Of a stretch of 60,801 nucleotides of DNA, positions 10,269 through 19,798 are shown one piece after another; positions within the stretch are counted from its first letter, which is position 1, and each line of letters opens with the position of its first letter. Under the pieces are notes generated by a model. The model made no database searches and was not told the origin of the DNA. It worked only from the letters and a program-made list of their open reading frames with translations. The position numbers were made by a program, and so were the translations under genes. The stretch is from Gemmatimonadota bacterium (GTDB taxonomy: Bacteria > Gemmatimonadota > Gemmatimonadetes > Gemmatimonadales > Gemmatimonadaceae): positions 7,176 to 67,976 of the forward strand of contig JBBTFF010000050.1 of NCBI GenBank assembly GCA_038041995.1, read 5' to 3'.

Positions 10269-11228
10269 GTGGATCCCATTACGCACACGCTCGCCGGCGC
10301 CACCATGGCGCGCGCCGGCCTCGATCGGCGCACGCCGCTGGCCACTGCCACCTTGATGCTGGCCGCCAATGCCCCGGACATCGACATTGCCACCGCGTTC
10401 GCAGGCCAGAACTCGGCGCTGGCGTGGCGGCGTGGCTGGACCCACGGACCGTTGGCCTGGCTCCTGCTGCCCTTCATCGTGACGGGGATCATGATTGCCT
10501 GGGACCGCTGGGTCCGCCGGCGCCGCACGCCAAATGCGGATCCGGCACCGGCGACGGCGCTGCTTCTGCTCGCGACCATCGGGGTGTTGAGCCATCCCAT
10601 GCTCGACTGGCTCAACACATACGGTATCCGCCTGCTGATGCCGTTCAGCGACCAGTGGTTCCGCGGCGACAGCGTCTTCATCATCGATCCGTTTCTCTGG
10701 ACCGTGCTTGCCGTCGGCCTGTTCGCTGCGCGGAATTTTCGCCCTGACGTTGCGCACGTTCGGCGCATCGTGCGCACCGCCGGCGGCGCGACCCTTGCGT
10801 ACGTGGCGTTGATGATCACGTTGAGCGCACTGGGCGAGCGCCTGGCACACTCGGTCGCCGAGTCACGCGGGCTGCGCGGCATCCAGGAGGTGCTCTACTC
10901 GCCGAGGCCCGGGAACCCGCTGGCGGCCGACCTGGTCGTGAAGACCGGCGACGCCTACCACTTCGGGGCGCTTCGCTGGCTCTCGACTCCACGCGTGACA
11001 TTCGATGAAGCCGTGGTCGCGCTCGGCGACTGGAATTCCCGGGCGGTCGAGCGCGCGAGAGCGATCCCGGCGGCACGCAAGTATCTCGTCTGGTCACAGT
11101 TTCCGTACGTGCGCGTGGAAGCGACCGGCACCGACACGACGGTGTTCTTCGGCGACGCGCGCTATCGCGCCGGGTTGGCGGGCGGGTTGCAGGGCATGCA
11201 AGTCGACCTGCGGTCCGGCACACCCTGA
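10269..11228 (+). CDS. Membrane-bound metal-dependent hydrolase, YdjM/DUF457-like
   Basis: In-frame GTG 10269 gives (M)DPITHTLAGATMARAGL...ANAPDIDI...HRGWTHGP, the usual YdjM N-terminus. Several TM helices follow. The 9717.. ORF extension lies inside the S9 gene and is rejected. Confidence 0.7.
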   Translation: MDPITHTLAGATMARAGLDRRTPLATATLMLAANAPDIDIATAFAGQNSALAWRRGWTHGPLAWLLLPFIVTGIMIAWDRWVRRRRTPNADPAPATALLLLATIGVLSHPMLDWLNTYGIRLLMPFSDQWFRGDSVFIIDPFLWTVLAVGLFAARNFRPDVAHVRRIVRTAGGATLAYVALMITLSALGERLAHSVAESRGLRGIQEVLYSPRPGNPLAADLVVKTGDAYHFGALRWLSTPRVTFDEAVVALGDWNSRAVERARAIPAARKYLVWSQFPYVRVEATGTDTTVFFGDARYRAGLAGGLQGMQVDLRSGTP

Positions 11229-11372
11229 GCCAGGCTGGAGACTGGGTTGGGAGGTGCTGTTAGCGACTTCCCCCAGCGGCGAAGAAGACCCGTCCGCTCA
11301 TCGGCACCCACACGACGAACAAAAGCAGCAGCGTCTTCAAGGCGAGCTGCCGCGGCCCTCCATTAGATGCCG

Positions 11373-12143
11373 TCACGCCGCGTAGTTCAGCACGGCCACG
11401 AAGTGACACGCGGTGCCCGTCAGAACGAACAGGTGCCAGATGAAATGCGCGTATCGCAGCTGGCGTGCGACGTAGAAGCCGACGCCCGCCGTGTAGGCGA
11501 CGCCCCCGGCTGCGAGCCAGAACAGGCCCCAGCCGGGTACGTGCAACAGAAGCGGCTTGGCAGCGATCACGACCAGCCATCCCATCGCCAGGTACAGCGC
11601 GGTCGAGAGCCGCCGGTAGCGAATGCCACCCCTCGACTTGACGACGACACCGAAGATGGCCAGGCCCCAGATCATCCCGAACAGGGTCCACCCCCAGGTT
11701 CCGCGCAGGACACCCAGGGTGAAGGGCGTGTAGGTGCCGGCGATGAGCAGGTAGATGGCCCCGTGATCCAGGATCTGGAAAACGCGCTTGGCCCGATTCT
11801 CGGGCAGGGCGTGGTAGATCGTGGACGTCAGATACAGGAGCGACATGGTCGCGGCGAAGACCGAGGCCCCGACCACCGCGGTGGCACCGTGCTGCATGGC
11901 GCCAAGCACGAGCACGGGGAACGCGAACAGCGCAGCCACGAGTCCAATGCCGTGACTGATGCTGTTGGCTATCTCCTCTCCCAACGACTGCCGTCGATGC
12001 AAACTGGTGGAACCGTCTACCACTCGTGCTCCTGGGCGCCCATTCGTTTCATCAATAAATAGACGCGGCATGGAGCCCGGCGCCAGTGAGGCACCTCTTG
12101 ACGAGTCTGTCGGGGCCGGCGTCGGGCGGCTCCTCGTCGTCAT
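11373..12143 (-). CDS. Hemolysin III / PAQR-family (YqfA-like) 7-TM protein
   Basis: Motifs [12 protein letters not shown]..., [11 protein letters not shown] and [19 protein letters not shown] are present. ATG 12143 overlaps the upstream gene's TGA (ATGA). An alternative start is ATG 12071 (MPRLFID...). Confidence 0.8.
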   Translation of the reverse strand: MTTRSRPTPAPTDSSRGASLAPGSMPRLFIDETNGRPGARVVDGSTSLHRRQSLGEEIANSISHGIGLVAALFAFPVLVLGAMQHGATAVVGASVFAATMSLLYLTSTIYHALPENRAKRVFQILDHGAIYLLIAGTYTPFTLGVLRGTWGWTLFGMIWGLAIFGVVVKSRGGIRYRRLSTALYLAMGWLVVIAAKPLLLHVPGWGLFWLAAGGVAYTAGVGFYVARQLRYAHFIWHLFVLTGTACHFVAVLNYAA

Positions 12144-12382
12144 GCGCTCGGCTTGGTTCTCCGCTTCATGTCGAGATACATCGCCTCGACCTTCGCCCGG
12201 GCCCACGGCGTACGGCGCAGGAACTTGAGGCTCGATGACACACTCGGGTCGCTGGTGAAGCAGGCAATGCGCACGCGGCGCCCCATGCGTGCCCAGCCGA
12301 ATTCCGCAACCAGTTCGTTGAGCATCCGCTCGAGCGTGATGCCGTGCAGCGGGTTGCTGGAATGGTCGTGCGGCGCGGTCAT
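12140..12382 (-). CDS. Small conserved protein, DUF2132 / VF530-like
   Basis: ATG 12382 gives an 80-aa product: [34 protein letters not shown]...[32 protein letters not shown]. Family recognised from memory. The longer 12502 start is not needed. Confidence 0.6.
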   Translation of the reverse strand: MTAPHDHSSNPLHGITLERMLNELVAEFGWARMGRRVRIACFTSDPSVSSSLKFLRRTPWARAKVEAMYLDMKRRTKPSA

Positions 12383-12500
12383 TGGGGAACGATTGCCTGG
12401 CGGGGCGCGGCGCGCCAGAGTGGGCGACTGCATCCCTCGACGGCTATCTTCCGCCATCCGGAGCCACGCCGGACTTTCCTCTGATCGACGCCCTGCCCTC

Positions 12501-12959
12501 ATGAAGCTCTGGATCGACGCTGATGCTGCCCCGCTGGCCGTGAAGGAGATTTGCTTTCGCGCCTCCGACCGCCTCGAGATTGAGACCGTGCTCGTGGCGA
12601 ACCAGCGTGTTCAGCTTCCACCGGGATATCCACACCTCTCGGCTGTGCGCGTCGACTCGGGCCCCGACGTCGCTGATGCGTACATCGCGGAACACGCCAC
12701 GGCGGGCGATGTGGCCGTCACCGCCGACATCCCGCTCGCCGCCCTCCTGGTGCCCAAGGGAGTCGCCGTCATCGACCCGCGGGGCGAGTCGTACACGACG
12801 GAAAGCATCGGCGAGCGCCTCTCGGTGCGCAATTTCATGGACGGCCTGCGCGGTGCCGGCGTCGAAACGGGTGGGAGTGCCGTCTATGGGCCACGTGACA
12901 AGCAGGCCTTTGCCAACGCCCTCGACCGGGCGCTCACGCGCGCGCTCCGGCAGCGTTGA
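12501..12959 (+). CDS. YaiI/YqxD-family protein (DUF188)
   Basis: ATG 12501 gives [35 protein letters not shown]...[29 protein letters not shown], a typical YaiI sequence. The 12153 ORF extension overlaps opposite-strand genes. Confidence 0.8.
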   Translation: MKLWIDADAAPLAVKEICFRASDRLEIETVLVANQRVQLPPGYPHLSAVRVDSGPDVADAYIAEHATAGDVAVTADIPLAALLVPKGVAVIDPRGESYTTESIGERLSVRNFMDGLRGAGVETGGSAVYGPRDKQAFANALDRALTRALRQR

Positions 12960-12965
12960 CCGCCG

Positions 12966-13190
12966 CTACGCCGGCGGTGGCGCAAAGGACTGCAGCAAGC
13001 CACAGCGGGGACACCGAAAGGTGACCACGAGGATCTTCTCCCGGCCCTTGAGCTTGAGGCCCGACCAGAAGGATCGCTCGGCGACTCCTTCGGCCCACTG
13101 TTGCTGCGAGGGCATGCTGTGATCCCCCTTGTCGATGAGGAATCCGGGTTCCATTGCCCCCCGGCAACTCGGGCAATCAGGCGGTGTCAT
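12966..13190 (-). CDS. Small zinc-ribbon protein (two CxxC pairs)
   Basis: 74-aa ORF MTPPDCPSCRGAMEPGFLIDKG...VVTFRCPRCGLLQSF. CPSC...CPRC form a 4-Cys ribbon. Function unknown. Confidence 0.55.
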   Translation of the reverse strand: MTPPDCPSCRGAMEPGFLIDKGDHSMPSQQQWAEGVAERSFWSGLKLKGREKILVVTFRCPRCGLLQSFAPPPA

Positions 13191-13232
13191 ATGCGGCTCC
13201 GGGAAGAGGAAGAACTGAGGCCCGCTTCGCTT

Positions 13233-13574
13233 CTACGCTTTCCTCACGAATTCCGGCTTCAGCTTCATGGCACCGACGCCATCGACCTTGCAGTCGATGT
13301 CATGGTCGCCGTCGACGATGCGGATGTTCTTGACTTTGGTGCCCACCTTCACGACCGCCGATGAACCCTTGATTTTCAGGTCCTTGATGACGGTCACGGT
13401 GTCGCCATCGTTGAGCGGGTTACCGTTGGCATCACGCACCACGCGTTTCTCATCGGCGTCCGCTACAACCGCTTCCCTCGCCCACTCATGGGCGCATTCC
13501 GGACATACGTAGAGGTGTCCGTCGTCATAGGTGTAGACCGAACCGCACTATGGACACTGGGGAAGACTGTTCAT
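13233..13574 (-). pseudogene. yjdM: yjdM/phnA-family zinc-ribbon protein interrupted by an in-frame TAG at codon 9
   Basis: The minus-strand reading from ATG 13574 is [71 protein letters not shown]...[10 protein letters not shown]. It is colinear with E. coli YjdM (MSLPHCPKCNSEYTYED...), as recalled from memory. TAG lies at 13548-13550. The only intact ORF is the C-terminal 69 aa (13233..13442, GTG start). Confidence 0.7.
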
Positions 13575-13785
13575 GCTGTGCCCTGCTCCTGCGTGTCTGG
13601 CGTCAGATCGTGCGGCTACGGTTGAAATCAACGGCCGGAACCGGGCCTCCGCGAGACCTCGAACAGCGCAGCGCTGCCACCTACCCCGCCAACGGCTTGC
13701 TGGAGCTACATTTCCTGATGCTGGGCAGGATGTCGCCAGCGGGTGGCTCGATCAGCGCGGTACCGGTCGATTCTCAGGAGACCCC

Positions 13786-13938
13786 ATGAAGAAGAACGTC
13801 ATTCCCGACTTTTCCCGCAAACGTCCGGGAGTTGGTCCGAAGCCGCTCGTTGACGGCGAGAAGGCGCATTCGCCCAGTCCGCGTCAGCCGATGAAACCAC
13901 CGACACCGGTCAAGAACGCCGGACACCGCGGTTCGTAG
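13786..13938 (+). CDS. Hypothetical small basic protein (50 aa)
   Basis: ATG 13786 is preceded by AGGAG (13776-13780). Product: MKKNVIPDFSRKRPGVGPKPLVDGEKAHSPSPRQPMKPPTPVKNAGHRGS. No recognisable family. Confidence 0.35.
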   Translation: MKKNVIPDFSRKRPGVGPKPLVDGEKAHSPSPRQPMKPPTPVKNAGHRGS

Positions 13939-13989
13939 TCGGCGAGAAGAGCGCCTGGCGCGTGGGCTCGAGGCTCGGGAGCTGCGGCT

Positions 13990-16044
13990 CTAACGCGAGC
14001 GACGGAATCGGACGCGCCAGGCGAGCAGCCCGGTCTGCGCCCCCCGCATCGTGACGCGCACCGATCCGTCGCGGCGTTCACCAAGTTCAGCCTGCGCGCC
14101 CGGGGCATCGACGGACTCCGCTGTCCAGCCATCGGACTCCGTCAGGTACAGCTGGTACGCATCGCCTGTCACCACTCGGCTGACCCCCGCCAGCGTGTCC
14201 TCGCTCCAGCTCACCTGCTCGAGGTCGACACCGCCACAGCTCACGTGACGGTTGGAGGCCAGCAATTGCGGGTGCGACTGCCGCTCGCGAAGGCAAATGA
14301 CCTGGACCTGGTAGCTGGTATCGATCACACCGCCGATGAACGTATCCCTGAAGGCGCCAAGAAAGCGCTTTCCCCAGAAGTCGAACGCCACGTACTCGCG
14401 GCCCGGCGTCAGGCCGAGGTCGATCATGCGCAGCGTGTCGGGCGCGCCGGCGGTGCGGGCCAGCACGGTCCATCGCTCAAACGGCCGGGCGACGTCCAGT
14501 TGGTACAGCGACTGTTGCAGTCGCTGATCGGCCTCGAACGGACGGGGGCCGGATCCGCTGACCTCGTGCTCCACCATGTAGAGCCTGCTGCTGCGTGACG
14601 GATCGACGTCGTACACCTGCCCCGGCATTGTCAACAGGACCGGTGCGGCGCGGCGTGCAGCCTCCACTCGATCGCTCCGATAGACCTCCGGCCGGTCCGT
14701 CAGCATCAGCAGCGATCCGGTCAATGACGTGATGGTCGCCGACCGGTAGCCGTCCGGGCCGGCGATCTCTATGTGGTCCGGATCGTTGCGCCACACGACG
14801 TTGTTGAACGAATTGAACTGCGAAAAGCCGCCGTACCCGAAGCCGTCGTCTCCCAGTCGCGTGGCATCGATGATCCCGACGAGTTCCGGTCGCGGTCCCC
14901 ACGACGCCAGCAGGAAGGCGTCGCGTCCAATCACTGCGCGAATCTGTTGTACGAACGATCGATAGATCTTTACCCGGTCAATACCGCGCGTCGCGTAGAA
15001 TCCGGCATGACTGTTGTACCCCTCATACCGCAGGTGACGAAGCGCATCGACCTTGAAGTACCTCCAACCCTGCGCCTTGAGCTGGCGGTACACCGGCAGG
15101 ACGAGATTCCGCATCGTCGCCGGGTTGGCCCCGTCCATCACGAATCCGATCCAGTTTCCCCGCGCAGGCTTGCCATCGAGCATCCGGACGAAGTAGCTCG
15201 GATGGGCCGCCGCCCAGGCGGAATCGGCAAACGCCGTGTTCGTCCAAAGCCCCGGCTGCAGCCCATGCGATACGATGTAGTCGTGCATCCCCTTGAGCCC
15301 ACTGGGAAACTTCGCGTTCGTATTGAGCCAGTTCTCCGGCACGCCGATCGGAAGGCGCTGGAACCCGTCATCGATCTGTACGTATTCGTACCCGAAAGGG
15401 GCAAGTCGCTCGGCGATCGCGTCAACCGCCGTGTGAACGTCCGCTTCGGTAATTCGGTCCCGGTACGCGTACCACGAAGTCCAACCTGCGGCCGATCGGT
15501 TCCACGGCGCGTATGTCCAGGGTTCGTAGTAGGAGAGGTTTCGGTGCTTCTGGTAGAATCGCGGTCGAAATCGCAGGGTCACCTCGCCGCCGACCGCCTC
15601 GACGGCAAACGCCGAGGAATCACCACCCGCAACCGGGGTGACCTGCGCGGTGGACGGAAAGTCCAGGCTCAGCAGCCAGTCACGGCTGCGCGCGTAGACC
15701 CCCCTGTTGAGCCGATTGTAGCTGGGGCCCACGCTGTGCCGCACGATCGGCACGCCGTCTTCACGTGGGTCGGCATCGACGGCAATGGCGTCGCTCGTTC
15801 CATGGATCGTCCCGCGCAGCGTTACCCGGTCGTCACCCGCTGTCCAGCTGACGACCTGCGTGATCCTCCCCCCGGAAGAATCCACGAGCGTCCGAAGGCG
15901 CGGCGCACCTCCGGTCGACGACAAATGAGCGCGCAGAATAGTGGCGCCCTGGTATCGCAGTTCCACTTCGGTGCCGCGCACCACCAGCGTGGCCGGAGTG
16001 TTGGGCGGCGCCGTCTGTCGTTGTGGCACCAGCTGCGCATCCAC
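13990..16044 (-). CDS. Glycoside hydrolase, clan GH-D-like (alpha-galactosidase/melibiase fold, GH27/GH36-like)
   Basis: TIM-barrel-type motifs are present: FGYEYVQIDDGFQ, WRYFKVDALRHL and VVWRNDPDHIE. The first canonical start is GTG 16044, but a signal-peptide-like segment is encoded in frame upstream (see finding). Confidence 0.6.
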   Translation of the reverse strand: MDAQLVPQRQTAPPNTPATLVVRGTEVELRYQGATILRAHLSSTGGAPRLRTLVDSSGGRITQVVSWTAGDDRVTLRGTIHGTSDAIAVDADPREDGVPIVRHSVGPSYNRLNRGVYARSRDWLLSLDFPSTAQVTPVAGGDSSAFAVEAVGGEVTLRFRPRFYQKHRNLSYYEPWTYAPWNRSAAGWTSWYAYRDRITEADVHTAVDAIAERLAPFGYEYVQIDDGFQRLPIGVPENWLNTNAKFPSGLKGMHDYIVSHGLQPGLWTNTAFADSAWAAAHPSYFVRMLDGKPARGNWIGFVMDGANPATMRNLVLPVYRQLKAQGWRYFKVDALRHLRYEGYNSHAGFYATRGIDRVKIYRSFVQQIRAVIGRDAFLLASWGPRPELVGIIDATRLGDDGFGYGGFSQFNSFNNVVWRNDPDHIEIAGPDGYRSATITSLTGSLLMLTDRPEVYRSDRVEAARRAAPVLLTMPGQVYDVDPSRSSRLYMVEHEVSGSGPRPFEADQRLQQSLYQLDVARPFERWTVLARTAGAPDTLRMIDLGLTPGREYVAFDFWGKRFLGAFRDTFIGGVIDTSYQVQVICLRERQSHPQLLASNRHVSCGGVDLEQVSWSEDTLAGVSRVVTGDAYQLYLTESDGWTAESVDAPGAQAELGERRDGSVRVTMRGAQTGLLAWRVRFRRSR

Positions 16045-16093
16045 ACCGCCGCCGCCGAGGCAGAACAGGAACGCGGCGAGCTGCGCAGGAAGT

Positions 16094-16354
16094 TTACGAA
16101 TGATCTGATCCCGGTCCGCTGCCGGTGCGGGCGCCCGAGTCTCTGCGCCCCGCGCGCACGGCCATGCCCCACATGAACGCGCCGAACGCCAGCATGACGA
16201 CGCCCCACCACAGGTTGACGTTCACCCCCGTGGCACGCGCATACATCTCGGCGTTGGCACCAGTCGCCGCACCATACGCAGTCAGGATCAGGCCAAGCAC
16301 CAGAAACAGCCCACCAATGGGGTACCGCAGGTCCAACCCTCCGACTTGGCTCAT
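16094..16354 (-). CDS. Small membrane protein (2 TM helices), co-oriented between the SSS transporter and the GH gene
   Basis: 86-aa ORF with two hydrophobic helices (GGLFLVLGLILTAYGAA; LWWGVVMLAFGAFMWGMAV). It starts 20 nt after the transporter stop. Confidence 0.5.
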   Translation of the reverse strand: MSQVGGLDLRYPIGGLFLVLGLILTAYGAATGANAEMYARATGVNVNLWWGVVMLAFGAFMWGMAVRAGRRDSGARTGSGPGSDHS

Positions 16355-16374
16355 TTAGCGCTCCCGGTGGTTGG

Positions 16375-18147
16375 TCACGCGAATATCAGGTTGAGTAACA
16401 ACGTCATGGCCAGAACGCCGATCGCCAGCACGGCGGGGCGCTCGATCCATCGCTTGGTCTTGTCGACGGGGCGTGCGGTAAGCGAGTACACCAGGCCGCG
16501 CAGTTCTTCGTCGGGCCGCGGCCGAGTGAAGAGGCTGACCACGATCGTCACGGCGAGACAAGTAGAAAAGGCGACGATGGCGGTCCAGAACGTCTGTGCC
16601 AGCTCGCTGGGATACGTAGCCAGCACGGCGAAGTAGCCCCCCTTCACTCCGGGCACCGAGCCCGCAGCCAGCGTCAGGCCGTGATGCAGCGCGGCGGCAG
16701 CGATTCCCGACACGAGACCACTGAAGGCTCCGTGACCCGTGCTGCGCCGCCAGAACATCCCCAGTGCGAACGTGGCAAAAAGCGGTGCATTCACGAAGGC
16801 GAAGACGAGTTGCAGGAAGTCCATGATGTTGTTGAACGCACCGGCCACGTACGCCGCCGCGACGGACAGGGCGATGCCCCCCACTGTCGCCGCGCGCCCC
16901 ATCCACAGGTAGTGGGCGTCGGACGCTCCACGGCGGATGTGCGTCTGGTAGATGTCGTACGTCCACACCGTATTGAACGCCGTCACGTTGCCGGCCATTC
17001 CCGACATGAACGAGGCGATGAGCGCAGTGAGCCCGAGTCCCAGCAAGCCGTTCGGAAAGAGCGAGACCAGCATCATCGGCGTGGCCATGTCGTAGTCGAG
17101 CACCACGCGCCCCGCCGCATTGAGCAATGGCGCGCCGTCAGCTGCCAGCTTGGCCGGGATCATGCCCTGGCCCGGGCCGGTGCTCACGCTGAGGGCGAGG
17201 GCAATCATTCCGGGCAGGATGACGAGAAAGGGAAAGAGCATCTTGGGCACCGCCGCGATGAGCGGCGTTCGCCGCGCGGCCGTCATGGAATCGGCGGCCA
17301 TCGCCCGCTGCACCACCAGGAAGTCGGTGCACCAGTACCCGAACGACAGCACGAAACCCAGTCCCATCACCAGCCCAAACCACTCGACGCCGATCGGATT
17401 CGTCGCCGCACTCCCCATCCCCTGCCACGCGTGCGTGTACGATCCGGCCGGCAGCCCCTGCGTCACGGCCGCCGCCGAGAGCTTCGCCGTCAGGCCGTCC
17501 CATCCGCCCACGGTGCGCAACCCGATCCAGGCCAGCGGAGCGAAGCCGAAGACGATCATGAAGAACTGCAGCACTTCGTTGTAGATGGCACTCGTCAGGC
17601 CACCGAGCAGCACGTAGGCGAGCACGATGGCCGCCGACACAATGACGCTGGTGTCGAAGTTCCAGCCGAGGAGCAGGTTCAGCAGTTTCCCCATCGCATA
17701 CATGGAGACGCCGGACGAGAAAACCGTCATCGCGGCAAATGAGATCGCGTTCAGCGTCCGGGTCTTCTCGTCGAACCGCAGTTTCAGGTACTCGGGAACG
17801 GAGCGGGCACGCGAACCATAGTAGAACGGCATCATGAAGATCCCCACGAAGACCATCGCGGGAATGGCGCCGACCCAGTAGAAGTGGCTCGTCGCGATGC
17901 CGTACTTCGCGCCCGACGCGCCCATCCCGATGACCTCCTGGGCTCCGAGGTTGGCCGAGAGAAACGCGAGCCCCGTCACCCACGGAGGAAGCGATCGGCC
18001 CGACACCAGAAAGTCGGTGGACGTGCGCATGCGACGCCGCAGCGCCCAGCCGATACCGAGGACGACGGCGAAGTAGACCGCCATCGTGACGTAGTCGATT
18101 GCCGTCAGTTGCGCGACAGGCATGGCGGTCTCGGGTGGTACGGCCAC
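16375..18147 (-). CDS. Sodium:solute symporter family (SSS/SLC5) transporter
   Basis: About 13-14 TM helices. The N-terminal region DYVTMAVYFAVVLGIGWALRRRMRTSTDFLVSGRSLPPWVTGLAFLSANLGAQEVIGMGASG is typical of SSS carriers. The start could also be ATG 18123. Confidence 0.85.
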   Translation of the reverse strand: MAVPPETAMPVAQLTAIDYVTMAVYFAVVLGIGWALRRRMRTSTDFLVSGRSLPPWVTGLAFLSANLGAQEVIGMGASGAKYGIATSHFYWVGAIPAMVFVGIFMMPFYYGSRARSVPEYLKLRFDEKTRTLNAISFAAMTVFSSGVSMYAMGKLLNLLLGWNFDTSVIVSAAIVLAYVLLGGLTSAIYNEVLQFFMIVFGFAPLAWIGLRTVGGWDGLTAKLSAAAVTQGLPAGSYTHAWQGMGSAATNPIGVEWFGLVMGLGFVLSFGYWCTDFLVVQRAMAADSMTAARRTPLIAAVPKMLFPFLVILPGMIALALSVSTGPGQGMIPAKLAADGAPLLNAAGRVVLDYDMATPMMLVSLFPNGLLGLGLTALIASFMSGMAGNVTAFNTVWTYDIYQTHIRRGASDAHYLWMGRAATVGGIALSVAAAYVAGAFNNIMDFLQLVFAFVNAPLFATFALGMFWRRSTGHGAFSGLVSGIAAAALHHGLTLAAGSVPGVKGGYFAVLATYPSELAQTFWTAIVAFSTCLAVTIVVSLFTRPRPDEELRGLVYSLTARPVDKTKRWIERPAVLAIGVLAMTLLLNLIFA

Positions 18148-18381
18148 ATGCGGGGATCACTCACCTGTCAGGCAACAGGGGCGACACTTCTCCCAAAATC
18201 CCGGTCGGCCGGCTCGGGAACGATGCCGTTTGCGGGTCACGTGCGCAACCGCAGGATGGTGTTCGGCCGACAGGATCACTCGCCACCACAGCCACTTCCT
18301 GCCATTGCCTGAAGCGCCATGAGCGGCTCGGATTGGCGCCAGACGCTACATTTTGTCGCGTATGACCTGCCCTTCCACATC

Positions 18382-19071
18382 ATGAAACCGTTCCGGCGTC
18401 TCGGAGAAGCGGTTGCGCCGGACGGCAGCGTGCTCGCGCTGTTCGAGCACGACGGCGCCTACGTGATTCGCGTCAACGGCGTCGAACTCATGTCGACGCG
18501 GCGCCATCACTCGGAAGACAGGCTCGCCGACCTGGTCTGCCGGCCGCTGCAGGAACAGCGTGGCGCCCGGGTGCTGATCGGTGGCCTCGGCCTGGGATTC
18601 ACGCTCAAGGCTGCTCTCCGTGTCCTGGCGCCCGATGCACGCGTCGTGGTGGCGGAAATTGTCGGGGAAGTCATCGACTGGAACCGGAATCCCGACTATC
18701 CGTTGGCCAGCGCTGCGCTGCGCGACCCGCGCGTGGAGCTCTGCCACGACGATGTCGCACTCGTACTGCAGCGGCATCGAGGCGCCTTTGACGCCATCAT
18801 GCTCGACGTGGACAATGGTGCCGATCCACTCACCACTTCCGGCAATGCGCAGCTTTATCGGCCGGTCGGCATTCACCTGGCCGCTGCCGCGTTGCGTCCC
18901 GCAGGGCGGTTGGCCTATTGGTCTGCGGTCGATGACCGTGACTTTGAGGCGTCGTTGCGGCACGCCGGACTCTCGGTAAAGGTCACGCAGGTGCGCGCGC
19001 ACGCGACGTCCGGCCCGTGGCATACGCTCTTCGTCGCACGCGCCGATGCGGCGGCCCGCGGATATCCCTAG
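18382..19071 (+). CDS. Spermidine-synthase-like (PABS fold) class I methyltransferase-fold protein
   Basis: ATG 18382 gives MKPFRRLGEAVAPDGSVLALFEHDGAYVIRVNGVELMSTRRHHSE...VLIGGLGLGFTLKAAL...DAIMLDVDNG. The G-rich nucleotide-binding loop and the layout resemble spermine/spermidine-synthase family proteins. Confidence 0.6.
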   Translation: MKPFRRLGEAVAPDGSVLALFEHDGAYVIRVNGVELMSTRRHHSEDRLADLVCRPLQEQRGARVLIGGLGLGFTLKAALRVLAPDARVVVAEIVGEVIDWNRNPDYPLASAALRDPRVELCHDDVALVLQRHRGAFDAIMLDVDNGADPLTTSGNAQLYRPVGIHLAAAALRPAGRLAYWSAVDDRDFEASLRHAGLSVKVTQVRAHATSGPWHTLFVARADAAARGYP

Positions 19072-19119
19072 GTCGACCTTCTTTCCCTTGTTGGGTCCCG
19101 GTCAGCGGACAGCGCGCAG

Positions 19120-19482
19120 TCAGGCACCGCCGGACTCGCGTACGTGCCCGGGTACGAACCAATCCTGCAGACGGACGGCGCGAAAGACGAGCGCCGAAAG
19201 CCCCGTCAGCAACGCCACGCTTCCGAGTATGACGACCAACCTGGTCGCCGGCTGCCCGGTTTGGACGCGCCAGGACGCCAGTCGCACCAGCGTGCGCACC
19301 CACTCGATCGCTCCGAGCAGGAGTACGGCCTGGACGAGTCGTGCGGCCCATCGCCGCCGTACACCGAGCAGCACCAGCGCCACGAATGGCGGGGCGACCA
19401 GGACGACGCTGCCCGAGCGCAGGAAATGCGCGCCAAGAACGAGCAAGCTGATCACCACCGGCAGAAGCTGCAGTCCGATCAC
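19120..19482 (-). CDS. Hypothetical membrane protein (about 4 TM helices)
   Basis: 120-aa hydrophobic ORF MIGLQLLPVVISLLVLGAHFL.... No recognisable motif. Confidence 0.45.
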   Translation of the reverse strand: MIGLQLLPVVISLLVLGAHFLRSGSVVLVAPPFVALVLLGVRRRWAARLVQAVLLLGAIEWVRTLVRLASWRVQTGQPATRLVVILGSVALLTGLSALVFRAVRLQDWFVPGHVRESGGA

Positions 19483-19798
19483 GTCTCTCCCCTTACCGGC
19501 ACGTATTGGGTGGTGTCAGCCACGGCCACTAATTATCGGGTGCGTTCACTGACGGGATGCAATGGCCATCGGGATGGTGCGCCGATGTCGGCAACCCGAA
19601 GATAGACCGCTCCACCGGGAACGGCATCCCCGACGCAGCGAGGTTCGCGCTCATTGTGGCGAGGCCCTCGAATCCTCCCGTCAGGGCGCCGTCGGACACA
19701 CCTCGATGGGTCGCGCAGGGCGCAGCGCCGTCGCATAATTGACCAATCGCCGAGGAACTCGCGTCGATGACCGGTGTAAGGTCCGCCTCAGGAGGTCC

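Noticed and set aside
13548-13550. The TAG in yjdM as programmed pyrrolysine or other recoding
   Set aside because: No pyl genes or recoding signals are visible in the window. A point mutation or sequencing error is far more parsimonious.
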